Assembly: GCA_002633005.1 (NCBI GenBank)
Contig: NMRA01000267.1
Coordinates: forward strand, 492,976 to 556,975
Direction: 5' to 3'
DNA from: Phoronis australis
Taxonomy: Eukaryota; Animalia; Phoronida
DNA: 64,000 nucleotides
Part shown: piece by piece, positions 61,408 to 64,000 of the stretch
Numbering within the stretch: the first letter of the stretch is position 1
Layout: every line of letters starts with the position of its first letter
The notes under the pieces: generated by a model
What the model was told of the DNA's origin: nothing
Databases searched by the model: none
Seen by the model: only the letters and a program-made list of their open reading frames with translations
Program-made: the position numbers and the translations under genes

Positions 61408-63488
61408 CAGCCGATTTCATAAAGGTGGTTTAAAGTTAAACCTGGTTTAAACTGTTCTTAGACCAGGTTTAAAGACAATCTGCATTTCATAAAGGTGGCT
61501 TAATTTTTAGACCGCTGGTCTAGTAAAACCTGGTTTAACTCCAGTTTAGACCTGGTCTAATTCAGTTTTCATTTCACCAACGAGGTCTATATTCTTTAGA
61601 CCTGTATTAAGATCTTAAACCAGGTTTAACTTTAGACTTAGTCAGAACCAGGTTTAACTGTTAAATATGACAGACTTTCATGATATAGATGCAACGGAAT
61701 GGTGCCGTGGTGTGCAGTTGCGACGCAGTTTTGGAGCGAAAATGGGGACTATTTTCAAAATTCAGTTTTACGACACAAGGTCAAACGTAGCAGGGGCGGA
61801 TCCACGATTTGAAAGATGGAGGGGGGTAGGTCAAAGGCTTTTTAAAAGGGGGGAACAAGTCAACAATTTGAAATTATAGATTTGATATCACTAACATCAA
61901 GGGAAAAGGGGATCTGGATCTCTTGACCGCTTTGCAACTGCCTATGTGTAGACCATTACGTGCTGGATGGCGTACTGCGGATTCTTCAGAATACGACTGG
62001 TCGAGCAGGACGTCATCGTCGTAAACGCTACCGGTTTGACTGAAGACAGCATCTTCTGATTTGTCTGAGTTCCACCTGCATTGGTCTCCGGTTTCATGTT
62101 GCCGGGAAGGGGGGTTGCCCCCCCCTTTTGGCTGCGAAAAATAAACACTTAAATGGCACGGAAATAAGTTTGGTCATTTATCATGTTGCAGCTAATCGTG
62201 AGCATGTACTTTAATATGTGTACGTGTATTGGGCACAGACATTACATTTTCCTCATGTGAAAAGCTTTTAGACCTCTTTCGCAAATGCCTGCTCTGATTC
62301 TACTAGTGTGTGCCATTGTATACCCACGTAATCAAGGTTTCATTGAAGCACGTCAATAGTTTCTTTGTTGGGTTGATCCAGATCGACACAACAGGGTGGC
62401 CTAGATATTTTAAACCTGGTTTTACTGAACCGGCTACCAGGTCTAACAATGCCAGGCTTTCAGACTGTTAAACTACATTGGTGAAATGCAAGTTCAGCCG
62501 ATTTCATAAGGTGGTTTAACAAAACCAGGTTTAAGACTTAATCCTGGTCGTCCTAAACCTGGTCTAATTTTAGACTTAACTTGCATTTCACCAACATGGT
62601 TTAAAAGTCCGAAAGCCTAGTTTTGTTAGACCAGGGAGCGGGTTTAGGAAACCAGGTTTAAAGTATCTAAGCCACCCTGCTGTGTCGATCTGTATTAAAC
62701 CAACAAAGAAACTATTGAGGTGCTTCAATGAAGTCTTGATCACGTGTATATACAATGGCACTCACTAGTAGAATCAGCGCCAACATTTGCAAAAAAGGTC
62801 TAAAAGCTTTTCTCGTGAGGAAAAATGTAATATCTGTGCCCAGCACACGTACACACATTAAAGTACATGCTCACGATTAGCCGCAACATGATAAATGTCC
62901 AAATTTATTACCGTGCCATTTTAGTGTTTATTTTTCGCGGCCAACTGAAAGGGGGGGGGCAAGACTCCTTCCTGGCAACATTAAATCACAAACCAAAGGA
63001 GGTGGAACTGAGAAGAAATAGAAAATGCTGTTATCAGTCAAACCCGACCAGTCGTATTCTGAGGAGTTCGCAGAACTCCAGCCAGCACGTACTGGTCTAC
63101 GTACACTGTATAGGCGGATGCAAGGGGGCCAATGGTTTTCTCCTTCATTTTAGTGATATAAAATCTATATCGAATTTTTGACTTAGGCCCCCCTTTTAAA
63201 AAGTCCTTGACCGACCCCCCCCCTTAAAAATTGTGTGATCCGCCCCTGCTACGTTTGGTCTTGTGTCGTCGTAAAACAGAATATTGAAAACAGTACATTT
63301 TCGCTCTAAAACTGCATCGCAACTGCACACCGCGGCATCATTCAGTTGCACCTATATCATGCAGGTCTGTCATAATCAACAGTTAAACCTGGGTCTGACT
63401 AAGTCTAAAGTTAGAGCTGGTTTAATATCTTATTACAAGTCTAAAGAACATAGACTTAGTTGGTGAAATGAAAACTTACTTAGACCGG
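61408..63488. mobile_element. Two oppositely oriented nested copies of a ~1.2-kb CAGCCGATTTCAT-TIR non-autonomous element, forming a ~2-kb imperfect palindrome
   Basis: Termini at 61408 and 62495; 61550-62494 is the diverged reverse complement of 62578-63487; rich in AAACCAGGTTT/CCTGG repeats; both copies hold a CAGGGGCGGATC MITE (61791, 63248). Confidence 0.75.
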
Positions 63489-63489
63489 G

Positions 63490-63765
63490 GCCCGGTCTCC
63501 AATTTCCGTACTCAGACTCATACTCATACTCGAGATTTCATACTCAAAATCGTGCTCACTGGAGTCGTACTCAAAAACGCGTATCTAATGTCGTATTTCG
63601 AGTAGACTCCAAACGTACTCAAATCTGACTCTCATACTCTAGTTGCTATGGAACTCTTTATGATGTGAAATGCAAAATCACGCAAAGCCGCGCTGATTCA
63701 TCGCTCCCTATTGGAATAGACCACTCCAAGAACTAGGCCTACATTATCGTCTGCTGTCGCTACAA
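63490..63765. mobile_element. Left end of a Harbinger-type element (same family as 1-273)
   Basis: GGCCCGGTCTCCAATTTCCGTACTCAGACTCATAC... is the reverse complement of 1-273; it interrupts the CAGCCG element. Confidence 0.8.
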
Positions 63766-64000
63766 CAGTATGTCTATAACGTGGAATTCTGAGTGTTCTG
63801 TGACTGTTATTCATTTTTTAGTTTTAATTAATATTCTTATGCCATTTCTCTGATACATTTGACAATTATTAAGCTTTACTTCTTGAGTTCCTCACCCAGT
63901 CCCGAAAATGTCTTAAGAAATATGTAACAGCTTATCACATCACATCTCTGTTGCTGATTTAGTCTTGACATAAAACCCATTGCTGTGTAGGCCTACGCTG

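Overview
AT-rich genomic DNA from an intron-containing animal, most likely a marine invertebrate (inferred from the repeat and domain content); it is not prokaryotic, and I found no CRISPR array, rRNA or tRNA. One intact single-exon gene is present: a galactose-3-O-sulfotransferase-family type II Golgi enzyme at 57288-58517 (+). Reading splice sites by hand recovered a 10-exon minus-strand gene (33526->15021) that the ORF track largely misses. It encodes EGF-TSP1-MAM-Pro linker-ShKT-F5/8C(discoidin), all splice phases are compatible, and it carries two Cys losses and a frameshift. The remainder is layered mobile DNA: an RTE-X/L2-group LINE whose ORF1 is interrupted by a Harbinger-type MITE, a CR1-like LINE with a degenerate 2A-like peptide, two THAP-bearing TTAA Kolobok-type elements, a Sola3 element, hAT remnants, an Academ element hosting three further nested insertions, a Penelope-type hammerhead-ribozyme hairpin, and P2X7-ballast/THAP/YqaJ remnants. 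A decayed spliced homeodomain/HMG/GTF2I-like gene has its 5' half at the window end and its 3' half at the window start, hinting at a >=64 kb tandem repeat unit. All domain calls come from motif recognition by eye; no database search was run.
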